From the NCBI GenBank assembly GCA_030704615.1, contig CM060731.1:84382001-84446000 (forward strand): a stretch of 64,000 bases of DNA. The letters are read 5' to 3'. Position numbers and translations under genes: made by a program. This stretch comes from Takakia lepidozioides (Eukaryota; Plantae; Bryophyta). Below the pieces are notes generated by a model that was not told where the DNA came from, made no database searches, and saw only the letters and a list, made by a program, of their open reading frames with translations. Every line of letters starts with the position of its first letter. Position 1 is the first letter of the stretch. Shown one piece after another: positions 24,355-36,662 of the stretch.

Positions 24355-24888
24355 ATTGGTAAATGCGGTGCCGCATTTCCATCCAAAGGGGGTGAAAAAT
24401 AAAAAATTCTGAGTTTTTTTTTTTTTTTTTTTTTTTTTTCTCTCTCTAGTCATCCCACTAGATGGAAATGCGGCGCCGCATTTCCAACAACAGAGGGAGG
24501 GGGGGGGGGGGGGAAAACGACCCTAGCCTTTTTTTTTTTTTTTTCCCTTGTCATCGCCGCTGGATTGAAATGCGGCATCGCATTTCCGTCCATAGGGGGT
24601 GGGGAAAAAAGAGTTTTTTCTTTTTCTTTTTTCTTTTTCTTTTTCCCTCTAGTCATCCCCGCCGGATGAAAATGCGGTGCCGCATTTCCAACAACAGGGG
24701 GTAGAGGGGGGAAAAAAAATAACCCTAACCTTTCTTTTTTTCTTGTCATTGCTGCTGGATTGAAATATGGCGCCGCATTTCCTTCCATAGGGGGTGGGAA
24801 AAATAAATAAATAAATAACTTTTTCTTTTTTTCTTTTTTTTCCCTCTAGTCATCCCCGCTGGATGGAATGCGGCGCCGCATTTCCAAC
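24355..24888. repeat. Six type-A palindromes in roughly 100-bp units with poly-T, poly-G and poly-A tracts
   Basis: Copies near 24360, 24464, 24566, 24668, 24760 and 24865; the units alternate in two types. Confidence 0.85.
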
Positions 24889-26549
24889 AAGAAAACTATA
24901 CTTCGGACCGAGACCAATGCCAAAGAGGAAGCAGCTTCGCCTTCAAGATGAGATGGTCATCACCGCGCAGCAGGCGACGCAGCCTCCAATGAGAGCTCGG
25001 TGCTTTGGGGATGCGGTTCCCTGATCGAGCACCGAAACCTTCTTTGCGTTGTGTTTTTTTGTTGCTTCGTACCTGTTGCTAGGATACTTGAATGCATGGA
25101 AATGTTTGGATGTATGATTCCAAAGGTGGAGGTGGTGGAGGGATCACAGGGCTCTGAAGACCCGCAGGACGAAACGGAGGAAGCTACTGTAGCACGCACA
25201 CACCCCCGACCTTCGAGCACGGGTCCTCTTGTCAGGCCTAACCTTGTGCGCTTCAAGGACGTGCTTTGGAAAAGTAAAGGTTTCAAGTCGAAAGCAGCAG
25301 AGAAAGAGGCACGTTTGACGATGAAGATGTCGGAGAGTCGCCAACAGGGGGTCGTTCTCCAGCAAATTAAAGAGCAGGAAGCATCAGGCGATCATTGAGG
25401 AATATACTACCCCACCGGATCAGTCCCCTTTCCCTACGAAGAGCAAGAAGCAGAAGGGGGTGGTGGAGAATCGGACGAGAACGGAGGAGTTCCCTTCCCC
25501 TGCAAAGAGTAAGAAGCAGAAAGGGGCGAAAGCAAGGGCAGACAGTCTCCAGCAAAACCCCTTCCACGAGTTGAAACTCAGTTCCTGCAAGAGTTTCAGA
25601 AGGAAACCGGCTGGGGCAACGAGCTGCAGAAGCGAAGGTAGCTGCTCCGACGACGATCCCTCGTCCTGGTCGATCTTTCAGCGGATGAAGGTGTTGCTTC
25701 TCAACATGGGGAGCTCGACTTCTCCTACCTAGAACAGGACTTTCGTGACAACAGGGGAGGTATGGACGACTACATTCTCCCACATGATCTGCCCGGCTAC
25801 ATTCCCAAGAATACAGGCACTGATCTGGGTGGTCCATCTGAACAGCCCCTTCCCCCACCCCAAAAAATGTCACCGGAGGATTTCCAGAGTGCAGCGGATC
25901 AAATGTTGGAGGAAACTCACAGCAGCATTGGCAGAGTTCTTAGGACCAGGGTCTTCCCTTACATACTGCAAATTCCACTATGTCGAATGGTCTCCCTCCT
26001 GATAGTGAGGCCTGCTCTCGCAGGGGATGTGGATAAGATGAAGTTCGCATTCCGAGAAGGCTATCGGTTGGGTCCGCCTTCTATGTTTTTATTGAGAAAG
26101 AGGAAGGTGAATCGCGTGGCCCGACAGCGGAAGAGTTAGCAACCTAGGGTCCCCACTGGCACACTCGCAGCACGGAATTCAAAAAAATGCTGAAGGATGA
26201 TCCAGTGTTCGGTGGCCAGCCAAAATCCCCTCTACCCCCTCTTATTATGAAAGCTGTGAAAACTGGCTCAGCAAAGAAGACACTCTTCAACCTCCCGGGG
26301 GGGCACCCGTGTGAGCCAGTGGAAATGAAGGGCAGGCCAAAGTTGGAGCCAAAAACAGTGATTCAGTGTGCGAATGAGAGTTTTTTTAAGGCATTGGATG
26401 GCCGGTCGGCTGCCAAGTTGGCACACATCAAGCAAATGGAGGGCCTAAAAGGCAAAGCTCTAAGGAAGGCGACTGCAGAAGAGTCTGCAGACACTCCAGG
26501 ATTTGTAGCCATGATGGACTTCTTTGCAATGACAAGTGAAGGGAAGAAT
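24889..26549 (+). pseudogene. Internally deleted copy of the ParB-MTase cargo gene (5' part)
   Basis: KLYFGPRPMPK, LEETHSSIGRVL..QIPLCRMVSL..VRPAL, then a jump to KTGSAKK..VIQCANESF..DTPGF. Ends at the TIR at 26550. Confidence 0.8.
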
Positions 26550-26748
26550 GGGGGCTGCTATTTCATGAGCCATGAGCCATGAGCAGACTCGTAACTGCCG
26601 AAAAAATCATGAGCAAGAATTTTTTTCACAAATGATTGTCCATGGGAATGAGGTATAGGGATCCACGGTCATAGGGGGACAAGGACCTCCCAATGAAGGA
26701 GGTTGGGCAATGTTTTTTAAATTCCATATTGAAACTCCAAAGTTTAAC
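26550..26748 (+). repeat. Left terminus of a truncated subfamily-A element
   Basis: GGGGGCTGCTATTTCATGAGCCATGAGCCATGAGC..., collinear with 45141-45330. Confidence 0.85.
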
Positions 26749-28997
26749 GGCACATCATCCAGTCCTTCCACAGGCTCTCCATCCGGAATATCCAAGATGT
26801 TCATATCACAAGACCAGTCAGTCTGTTTTCCACCCCTCATGCAATCCTTCCCTGCACTTGTCTCTTCAAAGAACTGCACCATCTTTACAAATCCTGGGGT
26901 GTCGTTAGGCTCTTCTGCAGCCGCCTTTTTTAAAGCTTTGTCTTTTAGCCCCTCCATTTGCTTGATATGTGCCAACTAGGCGGCCCGGCCATCCAATGCC
27001 ACCAAAAAACTCTCATTGGCACACTCTACTCTGGCAACACTTTCGGCCTCCTCATTTCCACTGGCTTGAACGGGTGCCCCCCCGGGGGGTTGAATAGTGC
27101 CTTCTTTGCTGAGCCAGTTCTCGTGTCTTTGGCCACAACACTGGCCGCAGGGGATTTCTGCTGGGTTTCTCGGGGTGAGCTGGTTGCAAAGTCCCCATCT
27201 TCGCCCTCGTCTTCAGCCTCTTCCTGCTCCTTCTGTTTCTGCTTCTTCGTCTTCTTTGGAGTCACAACTGCTACTCCTTGTTAGTGGGTCCTCTTCTTCG
27301 ACCCCTTCTGTTTGTCCTGCAAGGCGGCATCCATCGTCTTCTGTGCCATCTCAGCTGCCTTTCTGGATTATTCGGGAGCAGCAGCCTCCTTTTCCTTTTC
27401 CGGCCCACCAGGACACGTTTTTCCCTTCTCTTCTCCTCCGCGGCATGCCAGTGTTTCTGAATCTCTGGTGTGTAGACACAGCTTCTGCTCGGAGTGCTCC
27501 AAGAACGGGGGCTCCCGCTCCAGGGCCCCGGTCTTAACTAGGACGTATTTCATATACCTGCAACACACACCACATGCGTCAGTATAGTTCTTGAACAATG
27601 TCTTCGTAGAGTGTAATCCGCAACAAAAGTGCGAATGCGGTGCCACATTTCCCACGCACACCTCATATCCCAAGTTTTGCCTAAAATGTTGGCAGTGGTT
27701 ACCTGTAAACAATTCGCATGGCTGCTTTCCCCGCCCCCTCTTGATGTGTGTACTCTACGCTCTTTCTTGCTGTCTGCAGCTCCCTGGAGAAGAGGGAGTC
27801 CTTGTACGCACATCTGAAACGTTTCACATACTCTTCCAATGTCTGTGTTCCATCCCACTTTACTTACAAGGTAAACGAATTTGTATGGAGGCCCACTTGC
27901 TCCTTCGCATTCGACATTACCTGCGTTTACGTTGATCCATTGTCACTGACCCATTCATAGAATTCATGCCAGCAATGGAAATGAGGGGGAGTACCTTGAA
28001 TTACCTGGAACCACCAAGTCATGCGGTTGAGCCACACATCCACGGCAGGGTCAGAAATTTTGAGTGGAAAAGACCACATGGTCCTTATACTCTCCGATGT
28101 ATTCCAGATTGACAGCCACATTGTCTGCCATTTCCGATCCAATGTCTAGAAAACAGGAAGTACAGTCCCTATTGCAAAAAAGGAAATGCAGTCCAGTGCA
28201 ACCTCACCTTCTCTTTCGCACCCACACATGTCGTTGAGACGTGATGCAATTTCTCCAACTGCATGGTTGGGTTTATGGCCCGCGAATAATGTTTTGCAAT
28301 CTCCGGGATGAAGTCCTTTCCAAGAGCCGGATCTGCAATGGCCACCAGCTTCACAAGCTTTGACTTGTACTTGATTCTGGACTTCACCCCGACTTCCTTC
28401 CAGTGGTCCGTCAATGCCTGCAATGTTTTGGGTTGCCCCTCACTTTCCATGAAGAAGCGTTTGGCATGGGCCAAATCCAGCTTGATGTTTGACTGCAAAG
28501 AACAAGATGCACAAACATTACACTTGTACAACATATGTGTCATATGGGTATGCACGTATGCATTTTCAGTGACCCTGCAAGGCCCACTTTCCAATTCAGT
28601 CCACTGATGGGCGGAAACAAAATTGATTGAAAATGGAACGCGGCACCGCATTTCGGGATTCAATGGGATGGGAATGAGAATCTTACAAGTTCAGGTCTGC
28701 CATAGCATTTTTCAGCAGGGAGGAGTCTGCCGCCTTGACCTTCAGGATGACACACTCCACCATCTAATGCCAACAATTGCTTGGCATGGTTCTGCTTGAT
28801 GTACTCCCACCATGCAAGAAGACGGTGATTCCCGTCCCAGACATAAAACATTTTGCCCAACACATGCCCGAAGTCTGGATCACCCTTCAGCATTCCCTCG
28901 AATTCTTCGTTGCGAGTGTGCCAGTGGGGATCCCATGATGACAATTCTTCCGCTATGGGCCCACGCAATTCACCTTCCTCATTCTCGATGGAAACGT
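26749..28997 (-). pseudogene. Internal fragment of the ParB-MTase cargo gene (ParB to motif IV)
   Basis: MFYVWDGNHRLLAWW (28660-28968), SNIKLDLAHAKRFF, WSCDMNILDIPDG (26607-26975). Intronic palindromes at about 27632 and 28635. Confidence 0.85.
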
Positions 28998-29006
28998 AGC
29001 AGGCGG

Positions 29007-29089
29007 GAGGTACTCCGAGGACTTTTGGAAAAAAAGATTTGGGCTAGCCCGCATGGTGTTGGATGACACAGGGTGTGTGGTTGTCCTTG
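29007..29089 (+). pseudogene. Piece of A-type MTase exon, left flank of element B
   Basis: RYSEDFWKK..GLARMVLDDTGCVVVL; continues as ASRGKNTEAGIAKW at 43355. Confidence 0.85.
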
Positions 29090-29282
29090 GGGGGTTGCTA
29101 TTTCATGAGCGGCATGAGCATGAGCGGAAAAAAAAAAAGGCATGAGCGGGCCATTGTGTGTCCACGGAAATAGGGTTAGGAGGCACGGAAATAGGGTCAT
29201 GTGGACTCGTCATAGCAATGAAATGCAACATTTTATTGCAAATTTGGTGGCAAGCCACGTCTATACAAGTGTGTCCTAACTG

Positions 29283-32200
29283 TCATAGCAGGAATGGGAA
29301 CCTCTCTACTACACCCTCCGAGGAACTTGCCCCTCCTTCTTCCTCATCCCCCTCATCCCCCCCATCCTCCGAGCTCTGTGATGCATCGGTTGCACTATGC
29401 CTCTCAAAAATTCCGTCCTCTCCTTGGAGGACTGTCCACCTCACCTCCTAGGAATCTTCTGCCTCTTCTCCCCCACTTTCCTCAGCAGAATCCAAGACAA
29501 ATCTACGAGCCCGACGGGCTCTAATAGCTGCTGCCTCCTCCCTCATCTTCATTTTCTTGAGGCTTGCCTCGTCTAAAATATGTTGTACACGACTAGGTTC
29601 GGAAGACCTCCTAATGGACACCGAAGCAAGCCGGGCAGCATAAGTAGGAAGGATGTAGTCCCTTTATGGACTAGGCATGAAATCCCCGCTGGCAAAAAAA
29701 GGCACGTTCCTCCTGCCCATGAACTCCGGTGTAGACGTCCCTCCTGCAGTACTTGACATCCTACAGTAAGAACAAATCCACTTCAAGAATGTCAATACCA
29801 GCACAAGCAGAAAAGGTATTTCAATGAAATAAGAGAGCGAAGGGAGGTGCCTCACGAAATCAGGAGGCACATGCGACCACTCACTCGTAAACCGGGGGCT
29901 CCTCGGCCTCGATCCCAACTTGTTCCTCCTCCTGCTCCTTCTCGGATTTTTCCTCATCCTCCGAGGATGCCTCTTCCTCTTTCGGCAGACGTTCAGCCGC
30001 TGCAAGTTCCGAGTTGTGGAGGGCAGTATCTGGCTCAAAGGCGAACACATGCCTGTCGGACAACGTCCCTGCCCACATTGAAGCACTGGAGGAACAAAGC
30101 GGGCGGTTAATAGCTTGCGGCATGTAAATTGCAATCGGGCCAGGGGACAAACTGAGCACGTGAAGGCTTACCCGTGCCGCATGTGAGGTCAAGAATCCGC
30201 CCTTGGACATCCGAGCACGTCTCCATGAGGGTTTGGATGAAAGCAGGGCTCCGGGTCCGGCTGTACCGCCACGGTTTGCTTGTCTTTGTGTCCTTCGGCA
30301 TACTGGAGTGGGGCACATAGTTGTAGAGGACATCGTAGGTAATAGGGTCCACAGTGGCATCAACAAGACGACCGTCGTTGCGGAATTTGAACGTAGACCC
30401 TCTCTTCACAAAGCAATATGCCTCAAACATCAATGTCTGCACATCCAACAAAAGAGGGATCAACTCCGGGATCTAGTTTTAGATACACCACAATATGAGG
30501 TGAATGCAATAGATTGATAACTTACACTTTGGCCCTCTGTTCGCAACCCCTGTGTATTGATGCAGAACCATTTTCTGAGGAGGACCAGGGTGACACTTTT
30601 TGGTGTCCATCTTGCCACAACATTCTTTGTGGTCTTCCCTCTTGAGGCAAGGACAACCACACATCCACCGTCATCCAAGAGCATCCCCGCCAGCCCAAAC
30701 CCGGCTTTTCAGTAGTCCTCAGTAAACCTGTTCCAGGTGGGCACACCATCCAGGCCCTCCAGCAGCTCCCCATCTGGAATGTCGAGGAGAATCATATCGC
30801 AAGCTCTCTCCACCTCAACCCCCCCCCCCCCGAGTGCTCTTGCAATCCGTGCTCACAGCCGTGAAGAATCCATCATGGCTTCCAAACCAGGGGTGTCTTT
30901 AGGCTCTGTACCGGCAGCCCTCTTCTTGGCTTTCCCCTTCTGCTCCTCCAGAGACTTGCTGTGTGTCAACTTCTTCGCCCTGGCAGCTAGAGCGTCAAGG
31001 AAGCTCTCATTGACGCATTGGATGATGGTTGGGGGTTCTAGCTTTGGCTTTTGCATAAACGTCACCACCGAATACCGCCGTGTAGGCTCGCCCTCAAATG
31101 CCAACTTCTTGGCAGAGCCAGTCCCACTCCGAACTGACTTGGGAACCCGGATGACCGGTGACTTGGTAGCAGCAGTAGTAGTCGCAGGACCTTGAACAAA
31201 GTCGTCGTCGGAGTCACTCCCTTGGGTCCCCTCCTGCGCCTCCTCCGGTGCCCCGATGGTTTTCTTTTTTTTGGGGTTACTGTACTCCCCTGTTTCCGTG
31301 TCCTTTTCTTTTGGCCATTATTCTTCTCATCCAATTTCTCCTGAATTCCTGCCTGAGCAAGCTCTGCCGCTTTCCTGGAGTTCGCAAGCGCTTTTGCCTC
31401 CTTTGGACCCAGCGGAGCTCGGTTTCGTCGGGCCTCAGCATCCAGCTTCAATTGAAACTCGGATGGGTCGAGCGAGCCGGGCGGAAGGTCCACATACCAA
31501 GGGCAACCACGCAAATGTTCCAAATGCCACTCCTTCACAATAACGTCAGTGTACATGGAGTCAGCCCCAGGGTTCCTCCATGCCAGGAAGAATGGTGGCT
31601 CGAAGGATAGATGACCTTTCTCCAAAAGGGAGAACTTGCAGTACCTGCATTCATGAAAAACACAGAATGAGGTCCCTGAACTGGAAATTCGGCACCATTT
31701 TCCCAGGTTGGGGCAGAACTGACTCGGCCTGGAACCGGAAAAATGGCGTCGAATTTCGGTTTTCGGTGCCAGCCACCCTGGGGTCTTAGCCATTTTGGGA
31801 GCATGAACTGGAAATTCGGCGCCATATTCCTAGGTCCGGCTCGGAAATGGCTAAGTCCCAGAACTGACTGGGCCTGTAACTAGAAAAATGGCGCCGAAAT
31901 TCGGCTTTCGGTGCCAGCCACCCTAGGGACTTAGCCATTTTGGCAGCCCTGAACTGGAAATTCGGCGCCATATTCCTAGGTCCGGCTCGGAAATGGCTAA
32001 GTCCCAGAATTGACTGGGCCTGCAACTGGAAAAATGGTGCCGGATTTTGGCTTTCGGTGCCAACCACCCTAGGGTCTTAGCCATTTTGGGAGCATGATCT
32101 GAAAATTCGGCGCCATTTTCCCAGGTCCGGCCGGAAATGGCTAAGTCCCAGAACTGACTGGGCCTGCAACTGGAAAAATGGCGCCGAATTTCGGCTTTCG

Positions 32201-35200
32201 GTGCCAGCCACCCTAGGGACTTGGCCATTTTGGGAGCCCTGAACTGGAAATTCGGCGCCATTTCCCAGGTCCGGCCGGGAATGGCTAAGTCCAGAACTGA
32301 CTGGGCCTACAACTTGAAAAATGGCGCCGAATTTCGGCTTTCGGTGCCAGCCACCCTAGGGTCTTAGCCATTTTGGGAGCATGATCTGGAAATTCGGCGC
32401 CATTTTCCCAGGTCCGGGCCAGAAATGGCTAAGTCCCAGTACTGACTGGGCCTGGAACTGGAAAAATGGCGCCGAATTTCGGCTTTTGGTGCCAGCTACC
32501 CTGGGGACTTAGCCATTTTGGGAGCCCTAAACTGGAAATTCGGCGCCATTTTCCCAGGTCCGGCCCGGAAATGGCTAAGTCCCAGAACTGACTGGGCCTG
32601 CAACTGGAAAAATGGCGCGAATTTCGGCTTTTGGTGCCAGCCACCCTAGGGACTTGGCCATTTTGGTCCTGGAATTTGGAAAATGGCGCCGAATTTCAAG
32701 TTCAGGGCTCCCAAAATGGCTAAGTCCCAGAACTGACTCGGCCTGGAACCGGAAAAATGGCGCCGAATTTTGGTTTTCGGTGCCAGCCACCCTAGGGACT
32801 TGAACTTGAAATTCGGCGCCATTTTCCAAGTTCCGGGCCAAAAATGGATAAGTCCCAGAATTGACCGGGCTTGCAATTGGAAAAATGGCGCCGAATTTCA
32901 GTTTTCGGTGCCAGCCACCCTAGGGACTTGGCCATTTTGGGAGCCCTTAACTGTAAATTCGGCGCCATTTTTCCAAGGACTTCTTCACAATAATTTTCAT
33001 GTGCCAGATGAGGCCTCTAACATCCTGAAATGTAAAGGACTTGAAAGGAAGGCATCGCGTATGTACCTATACAGAAGGCGCATTGCTGCTTTGTCAGCAT
33101 TTGGCTGGTCGGTGAACTCGTGGCTCCGGCGGGCATGGGGTATCTCCCGAAAGAATAGGTCGGTTTTGTACAGCAGAAAGTACCTCGTCACATAGTCGCG
33201 TAGGCTCTCTACTGCACCAGAAATCTCCAGCTTGAACTGATGTGCTTGTGTGTCCAGCTGCTCTTGCGCATTTGTTGTCACCTGTGGAGATTCTCCATCA
33301 GATCGCTTTCCTCAAAAAATACAAAAAATCCACCCCCTACAAGAGTAGAAGCGCCAAATGAAGCGTGGGAAAGTACCTGAAACCACCATGTCATGCGGTT
33401 CATCCACATGTCGAATGTGAGACAGTTTGTCGGGTTTGGGGAAGCTCCACATGTCCCTTGTACTTTGGGAACCATTCCAGATTTGGAGCCACCGGGTCTG
33501 TCCAACCACCGAGCATATTAGTAAGCACCAAACACCACAAAAACGAGTTGTTGCCACAACAATTTGGTTAAGAATGTAACACCTTTTCTGTTGCATCCAC
33601 ACAGGATGTGGCTAGACGATGGAGCTTCTCCAATGTCATCGTGGGCTTCAGAGCACGGGAGTAGTGCTTCCCCACCTCCACCAAAAAGTCGGCACCAAGG
33701 GCGGGATCAGCTATGGCCACGTACTTTACCATTTACTTGTACTTATGCGGGCCTTCGCCTCCGCAGCTTTGAGATACAATTCCAGTGCCGGGAGGGTTAG
33801 TTTCTTCTCCTCTGACTCCATGTAGAACCTCCGCGCATGTGCCAAATCATGCTGAATTTTTGTCTGTCAAGAATGCGCACATAAGATTAGAAATCCCGGA
33901 CAACACTTTTTTTTCTTTTGGGGGACTAGAGACATTAGCTAAACAAAACAGTAAGAGCTTTACCCAAAATATGTAGTCCACCATGGCGTCCACGCTTAGC
34001 CTATACCAGGGTCTGTCTGCCTTTGCCTCCGACTTGCGCATGAGGTCGGCACTCAGCGAATTGGCAAACTCTTGCACCCCCTGCTTCCCGACGTCCTTCA
34101 CTCGGAAGAGCATATGGGACAAGTTGGTGGCAATGAAGGCATTCTCAGTCACCCTGCAATGCCACATTCCCATCAAACAATACTGAAATGGGAATTTGCA
34201 ACATATATGAGGATTCGCAATGAAATGACTTACAAATTGAAAGTCCAAAAGCAAGAGGCGTTGTAACTTACGAGTTGATGTCCACCATTGCAGCTTTGAG
34301 AAGACTGCGATCTTTGGGCCCCGCAACCTTCAGCACAACACACTCCACGGCGAAATGCCAATCCAGGTCGTTGGGGTGGGCTTCGGCTATGTACTCCATC
34401 CATGCCAAGAGGCGATGATTGTCGTCCCACACGTAAAACATCTTTCCGGACAAGTGCTGAAAAGAGGATCAGTAGCAATCGATCTCTCGAACTCCTCATT
34501 TCGCCTTTGCCAATGGGGACCCCATTTGTCCACCTCATAAGTGTGGGCACGGGAAGCTCCGTGGTCGTTCTCAATGGAAACGTAAAATGCGGCAGACCCC
34601 ATTCAATATCCCTCCCGGAAAGAGAATTTCAGCTTGTCGATATCGCCTGGGAGGGCAGGTCTCACCACCTGCAATGACACCAAGCGGCAAAGGGGAATTC
34701 GAAGCTTGGCCGGGTACACCATGCCCCCCAGCACCCTGCCAATGTTGCTGTGGGTTGCCTCCAATATCTTGGCAGCGGCCAACTTCATATCCGCCTCCGA
34801 CATGACATCTGCTGCAGAGGGGTTCTCGGCAGGCCACCAGGACCGCCAAATCCAGCCTGTATGCTGCGGGTTTGGGGCCTGGGGATGTCCGAGAGGATGT
34901 CATCCTGGTCAGAAAGCTCCCTGTCATCCTCCTCAACATGGTCAACCACCGGCGAATGCACCTCCACCACTCTCCCGTCTCTACTGCCCTCTCCGCGGCT
35001 TCACCTCGAACTCCACAATCCGGGCTCTTTGTGGTGTTCTTTCCCCTCCTCCAGTCTCCACCGTATGGGTGATTGCGTGGGCTGCTCCCACCCGCGATGG
35101 TGTCACCGGTAAGGATGCAGCCGGTGCGCTATTGCCTTTTTCTGGTGTCTTGGAGGGATCCAGCTTCTCTGTGCGACCCTCGCTTACGAGAGGTGTCATG

Positions 35201-36525
35201 TCGTCACCCCTGGCCTCATCAGTGGCCTTTTCTCTTGCCTCCTGGCTAGCCTTGTGTCTGCCTGTTCTTTTGCCCTCTTTTTGCCCTCTCACGGGCCTTC
35301 TGTTTCTTACTAGGGGTAGCAGCAGGGGAGGCCTCCAGATCAACCACCTTTGATTGAGGCGATCGGACACCCTCGGACGACCTGGTCCCTCCCCCCTCCG
35401 TAGCCTGTGAATGCTCTCTCACCGGGGATTGCATCTGCTTGGCTTTCTTCTTCTTCTTTGCGTGGGCGGGCCCTACTGCATGTGCATGAGCTTCCTCCAA
35501 TAACGGATCTGGTGTCTCATCCGACGGGCTTCACCTGCCATGCCGCTGCACCAACCTCCGGAATACCAACTAAAGAAGCAATATTATGTTTGCCTTCCCG
35601 CCCAAGTTGGCTGATCCAAACATGCGAAGCACTACCTTCGACGATTGCTGCCCACTAGCTGCTTTTGGAGTGACTGCTCGAGCAGTTGGAGCTGTCGATG
35701 ATACCACCAGTGTGTCGCGCTCGTCTTCACTCTGTCATGCCCAACAATCGTCAGAACCACCATGGCAACAATCGTGGACCAACAATGAAAACAAACCCAA
35801 TGAATGCCTAACAATCACATGCCGAAGCAACCTAACAATCACACGCATTGCAAACTATCAATGGTTCACTCAACCAGTAACTTGCAGAAATAAACATGGA
35901 AATGTAAGGACGATTTCACAAAAGGGGAAAACAGGCTTTTCAAGGCACTTGATATGCCTAGACAATCTTCTCAGCCCAGCATGGATTTCCTTCATTCTGA
36001 GATGCAACCTGTCATGTACTGCGAAGGTGTGCATCCTGTTGCAAATCTCAATGCAGCAACGACCTGGCTCCTTTCTAACCCCTCTCCCCTTCATCATTCT
36101 TCTCACCAACTCGATGCAATCATGAACGTCCTCTTCCACTTCCACTTCCAAGGATGCCAGGCTGAAGATGCCAAAACAAAAAAACAAAGCGGAGAAGACC
36201 GCACATGTTACAGAAATGGAAAGAGGAAGGGGCTTGCCTGAGAGTGCTCGGCTTCAGTTGGCGCGGGCTGCGAGCAAGACAAGGGGATCTCCTGCTGGAG
36301 CTTCAGTTTGGCCATGCGAGACGCTGGACGCCGCCCGTAGTACAAAGGCTTCAGTTTGCGGCGCGGTCTGCATGTGGGGTTTCTCTCAGGAGAGCCACGC
36401 CCTTCTCCACGCGGCATAAGTCCCTGCAAAAGAAAATATCGCACAAAAAATGCGTGCGTAGTGGCATCGAGTGGAACTTCATCCACCCGCCACATCAGGG
36501 TTTGGGTATCCGACGGCGGTAGCAC
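29283..36525 (-). pseudogene. Subfamily-B ParB-MTase cargo gene, multi-exon, with stops and frameshifts
   Basis: MFYVWDDNHRLLAW (34268-34453); CDMILLDIPDG (about 30770-30802); SPAFIQTLMETCSDVQGRILDLTCGTG then ASMWAGTLSDRHVFAFEPD. Exon order matches 321-5642. Confidence 0.8.
31683..32975. repeat. Intronic array of asymmetric type-B sites (GAAATTCGGCGCCATTTT) in alternating orientation, about 73-bp spacing (about 146-bp unit)
   Basis: Sites near 31683, 31737, 31810, 31882, 31956, 32028, 32101, 32172, 32246 and onward. The array lies in the intron equivalent to the one holding a single type-A palindrome at about 2755. Confidence 0.9.
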
Positions 36526-36662
36526 GGAATCAGTGCGGACAGTCCGGTTGAAAACTGACGGCGGACATTAAATGCGCAACTGCGCTGTTAAATGGAGGAG
36601 TATGGAGGTCGGCCGTAGGCCCCAAGTCGCCCACCCTCCCACATAGAAATTATTAGCCCACT

